64,000 bases of DNA, from the IMG/VR virus record IMGVR_UViG_3300022934_000004, one strand, 5' to 3'. The position numbers and the translations under genes were made by a program. The notes under the pieces are model-generated. The model made no database searches and was not told the origin of the DNA. It saw only the letters and a list, made by a program, of their open reading frames with translations. Shown in pieces: positions 10,181-19,145 of the stretch. The number at the start of each line of letters is the position of its first letter. The first letter of the stretch is position 1. This stretch comes from a virus.

Positions 10181-11358
10181 AAATAATAACTAACCCAACT
10201 GGCAGATCTCCTGAGAATAAAATATTTTATGGAAACTTAGCTAGAAAACTAGATTTATCAAGACCAAAATATAATAAGATAGGCGAAGAAAAATATTTTT
10301 GGGAATTTTATGAAGATTTAAATGAATACAATTATAAACATTACTTGCATTTTTATACTTCTCGTCGCGGTTTTGCTGTCTTAACTAATGATGATAGACA
10401 TGCTCAATTTGTAAGAAACATGTTTTCAGTAGTAGATGATCCAACTGAACATTATGCAGAATGGAAAATTATTCACAACACTGAAATTAATTGTCCACCT
10501 ACAATTGCTGTACATTTAGATGAAAAAATTATGTTAATTGGTGGAACTACTTTTCTAGGTGAAATTAAAAAAGGAGTGTTTGGTATTTTAGGATTTGAAT
10601 TACCAGACGAAAATGTTTTACCAATGCATTGTAGTGCTTTTACTTTTAAGGATAAAACTAATCTTATGTTTGGATTAAGTGGAACAGGTAAAACAACATT
10701 AAGTAGTGATCCTCAATTTGGTTTAATTTCAGATGATGAAGTATCTTGGAATGAAGAAGGCATCGCAAAAGTTGAAGAAGGCTGCTATGCTAAATCAGAA
10801 GGTTTGTCACCTGAAACACATCCAACTATTTTTAATGCTGTGGAAGCTGCAAAAAAAGCTGAAACATTAGTAATAGAAAATCCTGGTGCTGCTAATGCTA
10901 GATTAAGTTATCCTTTAAAGTATGTAGAAAATGCATATATAAATGATACACAATTCAAACATCCTAATAATATATTTTTTCTAACAATGGATGCTACAGG
11001 TAGTTTTCCTCCAGTAAGTAAAATTTCTGGAGAAACTGTAAGACGGTTCTTTGAAACTGGATATACAAGTCAAATGCCAGGCACTGAAGCAGGTGTTGAA
11101 GAAATTAAAAAAATATTTTCACCATGTTATGGATCACCTTTTATGCCTAGAAATGTAAATGTATATAGCGATATGTTAATGGAAAAAATAGAAGAACATG
11201 ATGTTAATGTTTATTTAATTAATACTGGTATGGATAAAAAAGGTAAAAGATTTCCATTAGAATTTACTCGTAATTGTGTAACAAATTCTCTAATTAGAGG
11301 AGCCGAAGATAGAAGCGAAGAAGTCTTAGAAATCTTAGAAAGGATGATAAATGGGTGA
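10168..11358 (+). CDS. pckA: ATP-dependent phosphoenolpyruvate carboxykinase, compact form (396 aa)
   Basis: TGRSP, GEIKK, PMHCSA, FGLSGTGKTTLS, DDE, GCYAK, FSPCYGSPF, YLINTG. Confidence 0.9.
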   Translation: MANIEIITNPTGRSPENKIFYGNLARKLDLSRPKYNKIGEEKYFWEFYEDLNEYNYKHYLHFYTSRRGFAVLTNDDRHAQFVRNMFSVVDDPTEHYAEWKIIHNTEINCPPTIAVHLDEKIMLIGGTTFLGEIKKGVFGILGFELPDENVLPMHCSAFTFKDKTNLMFGLSGTGKTTLSSDPQFGLISDDEVSWNEEGIAKVEEGCYAKSEGLSPETHPTIFNAVEAAKKAETLVIENPGAANARLSYPLKYVENAYINDTQFKHPNNIFFLTMDATGSFPPVSKISGETVRRFFETGYTSQMPGTEAGVEEIKKIFSPCYGSPFMPRNVNVYSDMLMEKIEEHDVNVYLINTGMDKKGKRFPLEFTRNCVTNSLIRGAEDRSEEVLEILERMING

Positions 11359-11437
11359 AGTATTTACAGCAATTAGTATCCTGGCAATTATAATTATTGG
11401 ATTTTATATTATTGCAGTAACGGAGATGAATAAATGA
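11351..11437 (+). CDS. 28-aa single-TM peptide, not in ORF track
   Basis: MGEVFTAISILAIIIIGFYIIAVTEMNK; overlaps both neighbouring genes. Confidence 0.4.
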   Translation: MGEVFTAISILAIIIIGFYIIAVTEMNK

Positions 11438-11820
11438 AAGCAGGAAAAGTATGGGGCACTACTGAGCTTATTGAAGCAAATGGTGCATTAGAGTTTCATC
11501 GTATTGAAATGGAAGAAGGCGGCGTGTGTTCTAAACACTTACATCGTTATAAATGGAATGGTTTTTATGTCGAATCTGGTAAGATGCTTATTCGTACATG
11601 GCAACGTGATTATGATTTAGTTGATATTACTATTCTTCATGAAGGTGATTATCACAAAGTTAAACCTGGTCTTTATCATCAATTTGAGTGTCTTAAAGAA
11701 GGCGTAGCATATGAGCTATACTGGGCAGAATTTAATCATAATGATATTGAGCGTGAAACTGTTGGTTATCATATTGATGATGATAGTGATCCATTTAGTG
11801 TAGATAAAATAGGTTGTTAA
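11434..11820 (+). CDS. Cupin protein (sugar isomerase-like)
   Basis: KVWG, CSKHLH..K.N.F...G, PG.YHQF. Confidence 0.7.
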   Translation: MKAGKVWGTTELIEANGALEFHRIEMEEGGVCSKHLHRYKWNGFYVESGKMLIRTWQRDYDLVDITILHEGDYHKVKPGLYHQFECLKEGVAYELYWAEFNHNDIERETVGYHIDDDSDPFSVDKIGC

Positions 11821-11821
11821 T

Positions 11822-12259
11822 ATGAAAGTAGGATTTACATGTAGTACGTTTGACTTGCTTCATGCTGGTCATATCGCAATGCTAAGAGAAGCAAAAGAAC
11901 AATGCGATTGGCTTATTTGTGGATTGCAAGTAGATCCGTCTTGGGATCGTGAAGAAAAAAACTCACCTATTCAAAGTGTAGTAGAAAGATACAAACAACT
12001 TTCTGCAGTAAAATATGTAGATGAAATCATTGTTTATTGTACAGAATCCGATTTACTTGATATAATAAACATGTATCCAATTGATGTACGTATACTTGGT
12101 GATGAATATAAAGATAAAGATTTTACTGGCAAAGATGAATGTAGACGTAGAAATATTTCTTTATATTTTAATAAACGAGACCACAGATTTTCGTCATCAG
12201 ATTTGCGTAAAAGAGTATTTGAAAGAGAGCTAGAAAAAAATGATTCTCCAAACGGTTAG
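11822..12259 (+). CDS. Glycerol-3-phosphate cytidylyltransferase-like (TagD family)
   Basis: FDLLHAGH, VKYVDE, RDHRFSSSDLR. Confidence 0.85.
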   Translation: MKVGFTCSTFDLLHAGHIAMLREAKEQCDWLICGLQVDPSWDREEKNSPIQSVVERYKQLSAVKYVDEIIVYCTESDLLDIINMYPIDVRILGDEYKDKDFTGKDECRRRNISLYFNKRDHRFSSSDLRKRVFERELEKNDSPNG

Positions 12260-12938
12260 TGACATACGTCAATTTTTTATTGATGAACTAAATGATGAAG
12301 CCTTTACTATAGATAAAACAGGTCAAAAAACTATTGAGTTAATTGGTGCTAATTTTTTATGCACTGAACCTGCTATTTTTGGTACACCTAGTCAAGAATA
12401 TATTAACAAAGAAATAGCTTGGTATGAATCAGGTTCAACAAACATTTATGATATAAATGGTGTTGATTCAGATGCACCTCCTCAAGCATGGCAATACGCA
12501 GCAAATAAACATGGTGAAATAAATTCTAATTATGGTCACTTACTTTTTTCTGAAAAATATCATTATCAATTCCAACATGCCTTTGATGAATTACAAGCTA
12601 ATCCAGATTCACGTCGTGCACAAATGATTTATAACCGTCCATCAATATGGTGTGAATATAATGAAGGCGGTAAATCTGATTTTATTTGCACTAATGCACA
12701 AACATTTTATATTCGTGATGGCATACTTTCAATGGTATCTCAAATGCGTTCTAATGATGTTGTTTATGGATATAAAAATGATTATGCTTGGGCACAATAC
12801 TTAATGGATAAATTTGTAAGAGAATGGAATTCATTAGCAGAAATTTATGGTGAACATGGTCCTATTGAAAAAGGTATGTTAATGTGGCAAGTCATGAATT
12901 TACACGTGTATGAACGTCACTTCCATTTAGTTAAATAA
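12240..12938 (+). CDS. 42: dCMP hydroxymethylase (T4 gp42-like thymidylate synthase family)
   Basis: INSNYG, SDFICTN, MRSNDVVYGYKNDYAW (Asp at the cytosine-specificity position), NLHVYERHF. Confidence 0.9.
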   Translation: MILQTVSDIRQFFIDELNDEAFTIDKTGQKTIELIGANFLCTEPAIFGTPSQEYINKEIAWYESGSTNIYDINGVDSDAPPQAWQYAANKHGEINSNYGHLLFSEKYHYQFQHAFDELQANPDSRRAQMIYNRPSIWCEYNEGGKSDFICTNAQTFYIRDGILSMVSQMRSNDVVYGYKNDYAWAQYLMDKFVREWNSLAEIYGEHGPIEKGMLMWQVMNLHVYERHFHLVK

Positions 12939-12947
12939 GGATATGGA

Positions 12948-13631
12948 ATGAAAGAATTTAGATGTGGTCCTGAATGGGATGAAAGAATTGTAAAACTAAA
13001 TCCAGCTAAAAAGATTGGTGTGTTAATGTCATCAGGCGCTGACAGCACTACACTTTTTAAATTATTATGGGACAATTTTCCTGATACAGAAATTAGAATT
13101 TTTAATGTACAGACTTCATGGGATCCTAAGAAACCTTTAATTGAAGAAATCCTTGAAAAATTTGACGTTGATTTAGAATTAGAAATCATCGGAGAAAAGT
13201 ATCATAATTGGGAAATGAAAAATCATTTTGCTAGACTTATGCTTGCGTTTCAAGATGTAAGAAATGATGAAGATATTGAAGAACTTTATTGTGGAAATAT
13301 TTTGCCTCCACATCCTCAATGGTTTCCTCGTTGGAATGTAGACCAAAAGGGAATGGCAAAACGCCCATGGCTAACTAATGATAAATTTTGGAAGAATCCG
13401 TTTGAACATATTGAAAAATATCATGTAATTGATTTAGGAAGACGGAATGGATTTGACTATATTTATGACACAACTATTTCATGTAACACTCACGCCACTG
13501 AACCTTGTGGTTATTGTATGGGGTGTAGAGAATTAGAATATGCATATGATCAATTAGATAATGAAAAAGGTCTATCTCTTGATGAGTGTGCTAAAATTGC
13601 AGTAAATATGTATGGAGATATAGGATGGTAG
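12948..13631 (+). CDS. QueC-like PP-loop ATPase
   Basis: MSSGADST, NPF...K, TISC...PCGYCMGC. Confidence 0.65.
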   Translation: MKEFRCGPEWDERIVKLNPAKKIGVLMSSGADSTTLFKLLWDNFPDTEIRIFNVQTSWDPKKPLIEEILEKFDVDLELEIIGEKYHNWEMKNHFARLMLAFQDVRNDEDIEELYCGNILPPHPQWFPRWNVDQKGMAKRPWLTNDKFWKNPFEHIEKYHVIDLGRRNGFDYIYDTTISCNTHATEPCGYCMGCRELEYAYDQLDNEKGLSLDECAKIAVNMYGDIGW

Positions 13632-14182
13632 ACTTAGTTGAAAAATATAATCATGCTGCTAAGACATATTATGAAGAAAAATATGTTGATGGCGGATGGG
13701 AAAACAACATCTATATGCAAGATGAGAAAGATGCTCATGAGTTTTGGATGGAGAATATAGAAGAGGGAAAAATTATTTCATTAGGTGTTGGATCCGGACA
13801 AGACATTCCTATCTTACAATGGCCTGGACCAGAAAATTTTACAGGATATGATTTATCTCAAGGCATGTTAAATAATGCTAAAGAAAAGTTTAAAGATTAT
13901 AACTTTGTTTTAGCTGATTGTAATGAAAATATAGATGATAGCTGTGATGTTCTTGTTAGTTTATTTGGTGTACCTAATTACATAGGTCTTCCTAAGTTGT
14001 TGGAGCACTATAGAAATTTTAATGCTCAGCATGCTTTTTTTATATTTTATGCAGAATGGTATGATGATGGCATTGCTGAAGAATACCATAAATACACTAA
14101 AGAAGAATTACAAAAATTGTTGTATCCTTATAATCCTATTATTAAACAACTAAATGAAAATTATTATATCGTTAAATGGTAG
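13625..14182 (+). CDS. Class I SAM-dependent methyltransferase
   Basis: SLGVGSG, GYDLSQGML. Confidence 0.7.
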   Translation: MVDLVEKYNHAAKTYYEEKYVDGGWENNIYMQDEKDAHEFWMENIEEGKIISLGVGSGQDIPILQWPGPENFTGYDLSQGMLNNAKEKFKDYNFVLADCNENIDDSCDVLVSLFGVPNYIGLPKLLEHYRNFNAQHAFFIFYAEWYDDGIAEEYHKYTKEELQKLLYPYNPIIKQLNENYYIVKW

Positions 14183-14328
14183 ATGTTAATAAAATTTTAC
14201 ATTACTTGGATATGGCATATTAGTACTTGGAAGTTTAAAATTACACCTAAAGAAGTTAGATGTAATAATGAAACTACCAGGTATTATTCTATTAGAATAG
14301 GACCTATCTGGATGAAGTGGTATGTAAA

Positions 14329-14577
14329 ATGAACTGGTTAATAGTAGTAATATTTGGAACATTGCAAGGCGATGTTTATATTTTTGAAAAGCCTAGGTTT
14401 GAAACTAGAGAAGAATGTATGGTTAGTATTAGAGATCCATTAGATCAAATCGCGTATCTTGGAAAATTAAAAGAAGAATATGGAAAAGACATGCCAATAT
14501 TAGCAGTAAACTGTTTGCAAGAAAAAGTAATAAAAGAAATATTAAAAAAATCTTTTGGTGAAGAGCAAGAAGTATGA
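14329..14577 (+). CDS. Small signal-anchored protein with two Cys (dispersed family)
   Basis: MNWLIVVIF...FETREEC...VNC. Confidence 0.55.
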   Translation: MNWLIVVIFGTLQGDVYIFEKPRFETREECMVSIRDPLDQIAYLGKLKEEYGKDMPILAVNCLQEKVIKEILKKSFGEEQEV

Positions 14578-15008
14578 AATGGGATATACGATATTTAAAA
14601 TTAGCAGAAGAAGTATCTAAGTGGTCTAAAGATCCATCTTCTCAAATCGGTGCTATTGCTGTAGGATCTAAAGGTCAAGTTTTATCTCAAGGATATAATG
14701 GTTTTCCTAGAGGAATAACAGATTCTCTTGATAGATATGCAGTGAGAGAAACTAAATACAAGTACATAGTACATGCTGAACAGAATGTAATTTATAACGC
14801 AACATACAACGGAGTATCATTAGATGGAGCTACCTTATTTGTTCATGGCTTGCCTGTTTGCAACCATTGTGCTCTTGGTGTTATTCAGGTAGGAATAAAA
14901 AGAGTTGTTATGCCAAGACAAAAAATAAAAGAACAGTGGGTCGAGTCATGGAATATGACTAAACAATTATTTGATGAAGCAGGCGTAGAGTATGAATTCA
15001 TTTGCTGA
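14574..15008 (+). CDS. cd: dCMP deaminase
   Basis: SKDPS, GYNGFPRG, HAEQN, PVCNHC. Confidence 0.92.
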   Translation: MKWDIRYLKLAEEVSKWSKDPSSQIGAIAVGSKGQVLSQGYNGFPRGITDSLDRYAVRETKYKYIVHAEQNVIYNATYNGVSLDGATLFVHGLPVCNHCALGVIQVGIKRVVMPRQKIKEQWVESWNMTKQLFDEAGVEYEFIC

Positions 15009-15717
15009 AATGTATTCCAAAATTATAGAGGGATACAGATGGACAGTAATAAATGTAGACACTACTCATAGGTGTTTACTTCAATGTCAGTTTTGTTCAC
15101 GCCAATCTGAAGTTCAAGGACAACCTATGATTTCTGATTATAGGAAATCTTATGGTGATTTAAAATCAAAAGAATTGAGAAAGTTAACTAACTTCGTAAG
15201 AAGTGGCATTTCATTTTGTGGTCAGATTTCTGATCCTATCTATCACAAAGATTTTATTTCATTATTGTCATCAATAGATGATGTAACATATTTAGAAAAA
15301 ATCGAAATTCATACAAATGGATCTGGAAAAAAACAAGAGTATTGGGATGAACTTGTAGATGTAGCTTGGCAACTTCCAACTAGAATAGAATGGCACTTTG
15401 GTATAGATGGCATAGATGAAAAAGCAGCTATTCATAGAGTTGGCCAAGATTTTCATTCAGCTTTTGAGGCAATGAAATATGTAGCATCAAGGCAAAGAAG
15501 AGAACCTGAATGGGAAAGGTGGAGAGTCATTTGGCAATACATTCCATTTGCATATAATGAACATGATATTATGAAAGCAAAAGAAATGGCAGATGAAATA
15601 GATGTAGAATTAATATTACTTACTTCAGGTAGGTTTAATCCTGACAGTCCAGTTGCTCCTCCTACAAATATAAATTTAATTTCTAAAAAACTATTTGGTG
15701 AGAAAAAAAGAGTATGA
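14992..15717 (+). CDS. Radical SAM protein
   Basis: CLLQCQFC (CxxxCxxC), HTNGS, FGIDG, YNEH. Confidence 0.85.
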   Translation: MNSFAEMYSKIIEGYRWTVINVDTTHRCLLQCQFCSRQSEVQGQPMISDYRKSYGDLKSKELRKLTNFVRSGISFCGQISDPIYHKDFISLLSSIDDVTYLEKIEIHTNGSGKKQEYWDELVDVAWQLPTRIEWHFGIDGIDEKAAIHRVGQDFHSAFEAMKYVASRQRREPEWERWRVIWQYIPFAYNEHDIMKAKEMADEIDVELILLTSGRFNPDSPVAPPTNINLISKKLFGEKKRV

Positions 15718-16028
15718 AACTTTATCCTCAATGTTGGAGCGTAACAATGGAAGGCGATTATAAACCCAATGATGGATTTCCTGGTGCAGGAAATGGTTTA
15801 GCCTTTACTGCTTCAGGGCATCTTCTTCCTTGTTGTTATTTAGATAAGTATCACAACTATAAAAATAATACTAAAAATTTATGGGATGATGAATTAAGAG
15901 TTGATCGAAATGATGACATTCTTGATATTATAGAATCAGAACAGTGGTATAACTTTCACAAAGAATTATATGAACATCCTGAAAATGCATGTAAAGAATG
16001 TCACATGCATTGTTCTTCACCAAAATAA
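15714..16028 (+). CDS. Stand-alone SPASM/Twitch Fe-S domain protein
   Basis: C...GHLLPCCY...C..C...C; directly follows the radical SAM gene. Confidence 0.7.
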   Translation: MKLYPQCWSVTMEGDYKPNDGFPGAGNGLAFTASGHLLPCCYLDKYHNYKNNTKNLWDDELRVDRNDDILDIIESEQWYNFHKELYEHPENACKECHMHCSSPK

Positions 16029-16037
16029 AAAAAATAG

Positions 16038-16066
16038 TTTACATTTGTGTAAAAATATGTTAGAAT
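16038..16066 (+). promoter_or_regulatory. Promoter for the GT-epimerase-dehydrogenase-MTase operon
   Basis: TTTACA-17-TAGAAT. Confidence 0.7.
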
Positions 16067-16123
16067 TATATTTAATAATCATAAATACGTATATCACACA
16101 CTTGTAAATTTAAGGAATCATAA

Positions 16124-17371
16124 ATGACTAGAATTGCTATTATCCTTGGTCGTGGTACTGAAGGCTGCGGTGTAACACAATGTGCTATTCAAATGCAAAA
16201 AGTAACAGGAGCAGATATCTATTCTGCAATTGATAAAAAATGGGGACGAGCTAAAGGATTAGAAATTGATCAAAAAGAATTTGTAATGGGTACGCAGTGG
16301 GAATTAACTGCAGATGTTATTAATTCAATGTATGATTTAGCAATCATTTATTCAGTACCTTCTAAGTCTCATCCACAAGATTGTCAAGATAATTTTGTAC
16401 CATTTTTACAGAGACTAAAAATACGTAAAGCGTTTATTAATGTAGACCATAAAGCTGCTTCAATAGCACGTAATGCTAATCTAAAAGAAGTTTGCGAAAA
16501 TGTTGATGTCATTATGACTCACAGTCTTGAAAATGATTTCTCAAAATTTATGAAGAAAAATAGAATCCAAACTCCATTAACTAAAATGGGTTTGGGTTTT
16601 GATTATGAGGATCACCGTCAAAAGTATTGGCGACCAATTGAAGAACAACAGCATAATATGGTTCGTTGGATTGGTCGTACTGCAATGTGGAAAGGTCCTA
16701 GTTTAATGATTGATTTCCATCAAGATGCTTTGATGGAGCAAGGATTTATAACTGTCCTTGAAGGTTTAGAAGCTTCTATACAATATCCTCTTGTTTTATA
16801 TCGTGATAATAAAGAAGATAATCCTGTTGATCGCCGCATGGTTGAAAATTATTTTAGACCAGAAAAGAAATTTAATGAAGTCAAGTTTACACCTGACTTG
16901 TATGGTAAAGAAGAAACCAATAAAGGTGCTTATCTATATCCTCAATACATAAATAATGAGGCAATGATGAGAATGGCACGTTCAGCATTTGGTTCAGATC
17001 TTTATCATTTAAAAGCAGAAACATATGGTAACAATATTGAAAATTGTCATGCTGAATGTATTGCATCTGGCACTGTACCATTATTCCATAAACATTTCTG
17101 TGATAACGTAATACACCCTGTACAGGGTGATCCTATTAGTCAATGCAAAAATTCTGGCACTCTTGGTGTTGACTATACTAATTTTAAAGAGTGTCAAGAA
17201 ATGATGACAAAACTCAAAAACGATCCGTCTATGAGAGATGATTGGAGAGAAATGGCATTTGAATTTTGGAAACAACACTCCAATGGTGAGGATGTTGTAA
17301 ATGAAATTATTGATCTTGCTATTAACACAACTGAAAACCAACCACAAGGACTAGAGGAATTTTTCGTATGA
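16124..17371 (+). CDS. DNA alpha-glucosyltransferase-like GT-B enzyme (hmC glycosyltransferase)
   Basis: N-terminus IAIILGRGTEGCGVT resembles T4 alpha-gt (ICIFMARGLEGCGVT, recalled); WIGR...K, E...G..P. Confidence 0.75.
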   Translation: MTRIAIILGRGTEGCGVTQCAIQMQKVTGADIYSAIDKKWGRAKGLEIDQKEFVMGTQWELTADVINSMYDLAIIYSVPSKSHPQDCQDNFVPFLQRLKIRKAFINVDHKAASIARNANLKEVCENVDVIMTHSLENDFSKFMKKNRIQTPLTKMGLGFDYEDHRQKYWRPIEEQQHNMVRWIGRTAMWKGPSLMIDFHQDALMEQGFITVLEGLEASIQYPLVLYRDNKEDNPVDRRMVENYFRPEKKFNEVKFTPDLYGKEETNKGAYLYPQYINNEAMMRMARSAFGSDLYHLKAETYGNNIENCHAECIASGTVPLFHKHFCDNVIHPVQGDPISQCKNSGTLGVDYTNFKECQEMMTKLKNDPSMRDDWREMAFEFWKQHSNGEDVVNEIIDLAINTTENQPQGLEEFFV

Positions 17372-18327
17372 AAATTTTAGTAACAGGTATTGCCGGCATG
17401 ATCGGCTTTCACGCAGCCAGGCACTTCGCAAAAAATAATTGGGAAGTATGTGGCTTAGACAATTTTAATGATTATTACGATCCACAATTAAAAGAAGATC
17501 GTGCTAACATTTTACAAGAAGAATATAATGTTCCTATTATGCGAGGGGACATTGAAGACTTTAAAGTAATTAATGACAATACGTCATTTATGAAAGATGT
17601 AGATATTGTATTACACTTAGCTGCATATGCAAATCCAAGACACGCTCTTGAAGAACCGCAACCATATATTGATACTAACATAACTGGAACACAACGTATT
17701 ATAGAAGTATGTGAAGAACTAAACATACCAGTTGTATATGCATCAAGCTCCTGCGTTATGCATGGACAGCCTTTACCTTGGAATGAACATGATCGACCAG
17801 ATTTACAAAACAATCCATATGGTTGGTCTAAACGAGTAAATGAATGTCAGTTTTCTCATTCTAAAATTTCACGTTCTGCAGGCCTTCGCTTCTTTACAGT
17901 GTATGGACCATATGGTCGACCAGACATGGCTCTATTTAAATTCACAGATGGAATCGTTAAAGGTGAACCAATCACACTTTATAATTATGGTGATATGAAA
18001 CGTGATTTTACCTATGTACAAGACATCGTAGATGGTATAGAATTAGTAGTAGATAAAGCTATGAATGAAACCAATCAAGAATGGCATGAAATCTATAATA
18101 TTGGTTATGGCCAACAGGTTAATCTATTAGATTTTGTAGATGAAATTGAAAAAAATCTTGATCGGAAAGCAGAAAGAGAATTAGCGCCTAAACATCCTGC
18201 AGATGTCCCTGAGACGTGGTCTGACACTACTAAATTACAAGCGTTAGGTTATAATCCTAAAACTTCTATAACAGATGGTGTTAAAGAATTCATTACATGG
18301 TACAAAAGTTATTATGGAGTTAATTAA
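17368..18327 (+). CDS. UDP-glucuronate 4-epimerase-like SDR
   Basis: TGIAGMIG, DNFNDYYD..LK..R, YGWSK, LRFFTVYGPYGRPDMA, RDFTY. Confidence 0.88.
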   Translation: MKILVTGIAGMIGFHAARHFAKNNWEVCGLDNFNDYYDPQLKEDRANILQEEYNVPIMRGDIEDFKVINDNTSFMKDVDIVLHLAAYANPRHALEEPQPYIDTNITGTQRIIEVCEELNIPVVYASSSCVMHGQPLPWNEHDRPDLQNNPYGWSKRVNECQFSHSKISRSAGLRFFTVYGPYGRPDMALFKFTDGIVKGEPITLYNYGDMKRDFTYVQDIVDGIELVVDKAMNETNQEWHEIYNIGYGQQVNLLDFVDEIEKNLDRKAERELAPKHPADVPETWSDTTKLQALGYNPKTSITDGVKEFITWYKSYYGVN

Positions 18328-19145
18328 TGAGAATGACAATTGTTGGCCACGGGTTTGTTGGCAAAGCTGTGGATTATGGCTTTTCAAATAAAGCTATTAC
18401 TAAAACTATCATCGATCCTCTCTATAATACTACTTTAGATGATGTAGAATTAAGTGAAGATATAACGTTTGTTTGTGTTCCTACACCTATGGGTAAAGAT
18501 GGATCGATCGATTGTTCTATTGTAGTTGATACTGTAACAAAACTTTTGCTACGTAGATCAGGAATCATTGTTATTAAATCAACTGTGACACCTGACATAA
18601 TTGAAAAATTTTCAAGACGCGGTGGAGGTGCTAGAGTAGTTTACAATCCTGAATTTTTAACTGAAAAAAATGCATGTGAAGATTTTGTAAATCCATCTAT
18701 GCATATTTTTGGAGGAAATCCAGAAGCTACAGAAAGATTAGAACAAATCTATAAAGACTTTAGCTTATGCAAGCCGTGTCCTGTATATCACATGACGTCC
18801 ACTGATGCAAGCTTTGTAAAGTATGGAATTAATTGTTTCCTTGCATCAAAGGTCTTATGGATGAATCAATTTTATGATGTCATAGAAAACTTTGGAGGAA
18901 ATTATGGTGTTATCAGTAACGCAATTGGAACAGATCCAAGAATTGGTAGGTCTCATATTACTGTGCCTGGGTTTGATGGCAAGCGTGGCTTTGGTGGCGC
19001 TTGCTTCCCAAAAGACACAGCAGCGTTTGCGAACTTTGCGAAATCTTTTTCCGTTTTAGAAAAAGTTATCGAAGAGAATAATAAGTATCGTAATTGTTAT
19101 GATAAAGATGAAAGAGAAAAGGCTCAGAATGTAAATTATGGTTAA
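18327..19145 (+). CDS. UDP-glucose 6-dehydrogenase (lacks the C-terminal domain)
   Basis: GHGFVG, CVPTP, KSTV.P, NPEFL, GFGGACFPKD. Confidence 0.88.
   Translation: MRMTIVGHGFVGKAVDYGFSNKAITKTIIDPLYNTTLDDVELSEDITFVCVPTPMGKDGSIDCSIVVDTVTKLLLRRSGIIVIKSTVTPDIIEKFSRRGGGARVVYNPEFLTEKNACEDFVNPSMHIFGGNPEATERLEQIYKDFSLCKPCPVYHMTSTDASFVKYGINCFLASKVLWMNQFYDVIENFGGNYGVISNAIGTDPRIGRSHITVPGFDGKRGFGGACFPKDTAAFANFAKSFSVLEKVIEENNKYRNCYDKDEREKAQNVNYG

Noticed and set aside
12948-15717. 7-deazaguanine (preQ0) DNA modification pathway
   Set aside because: Only a QueC-like gene and a generic radical SAM gene are present; no FolE, QueD or DpdA in the window
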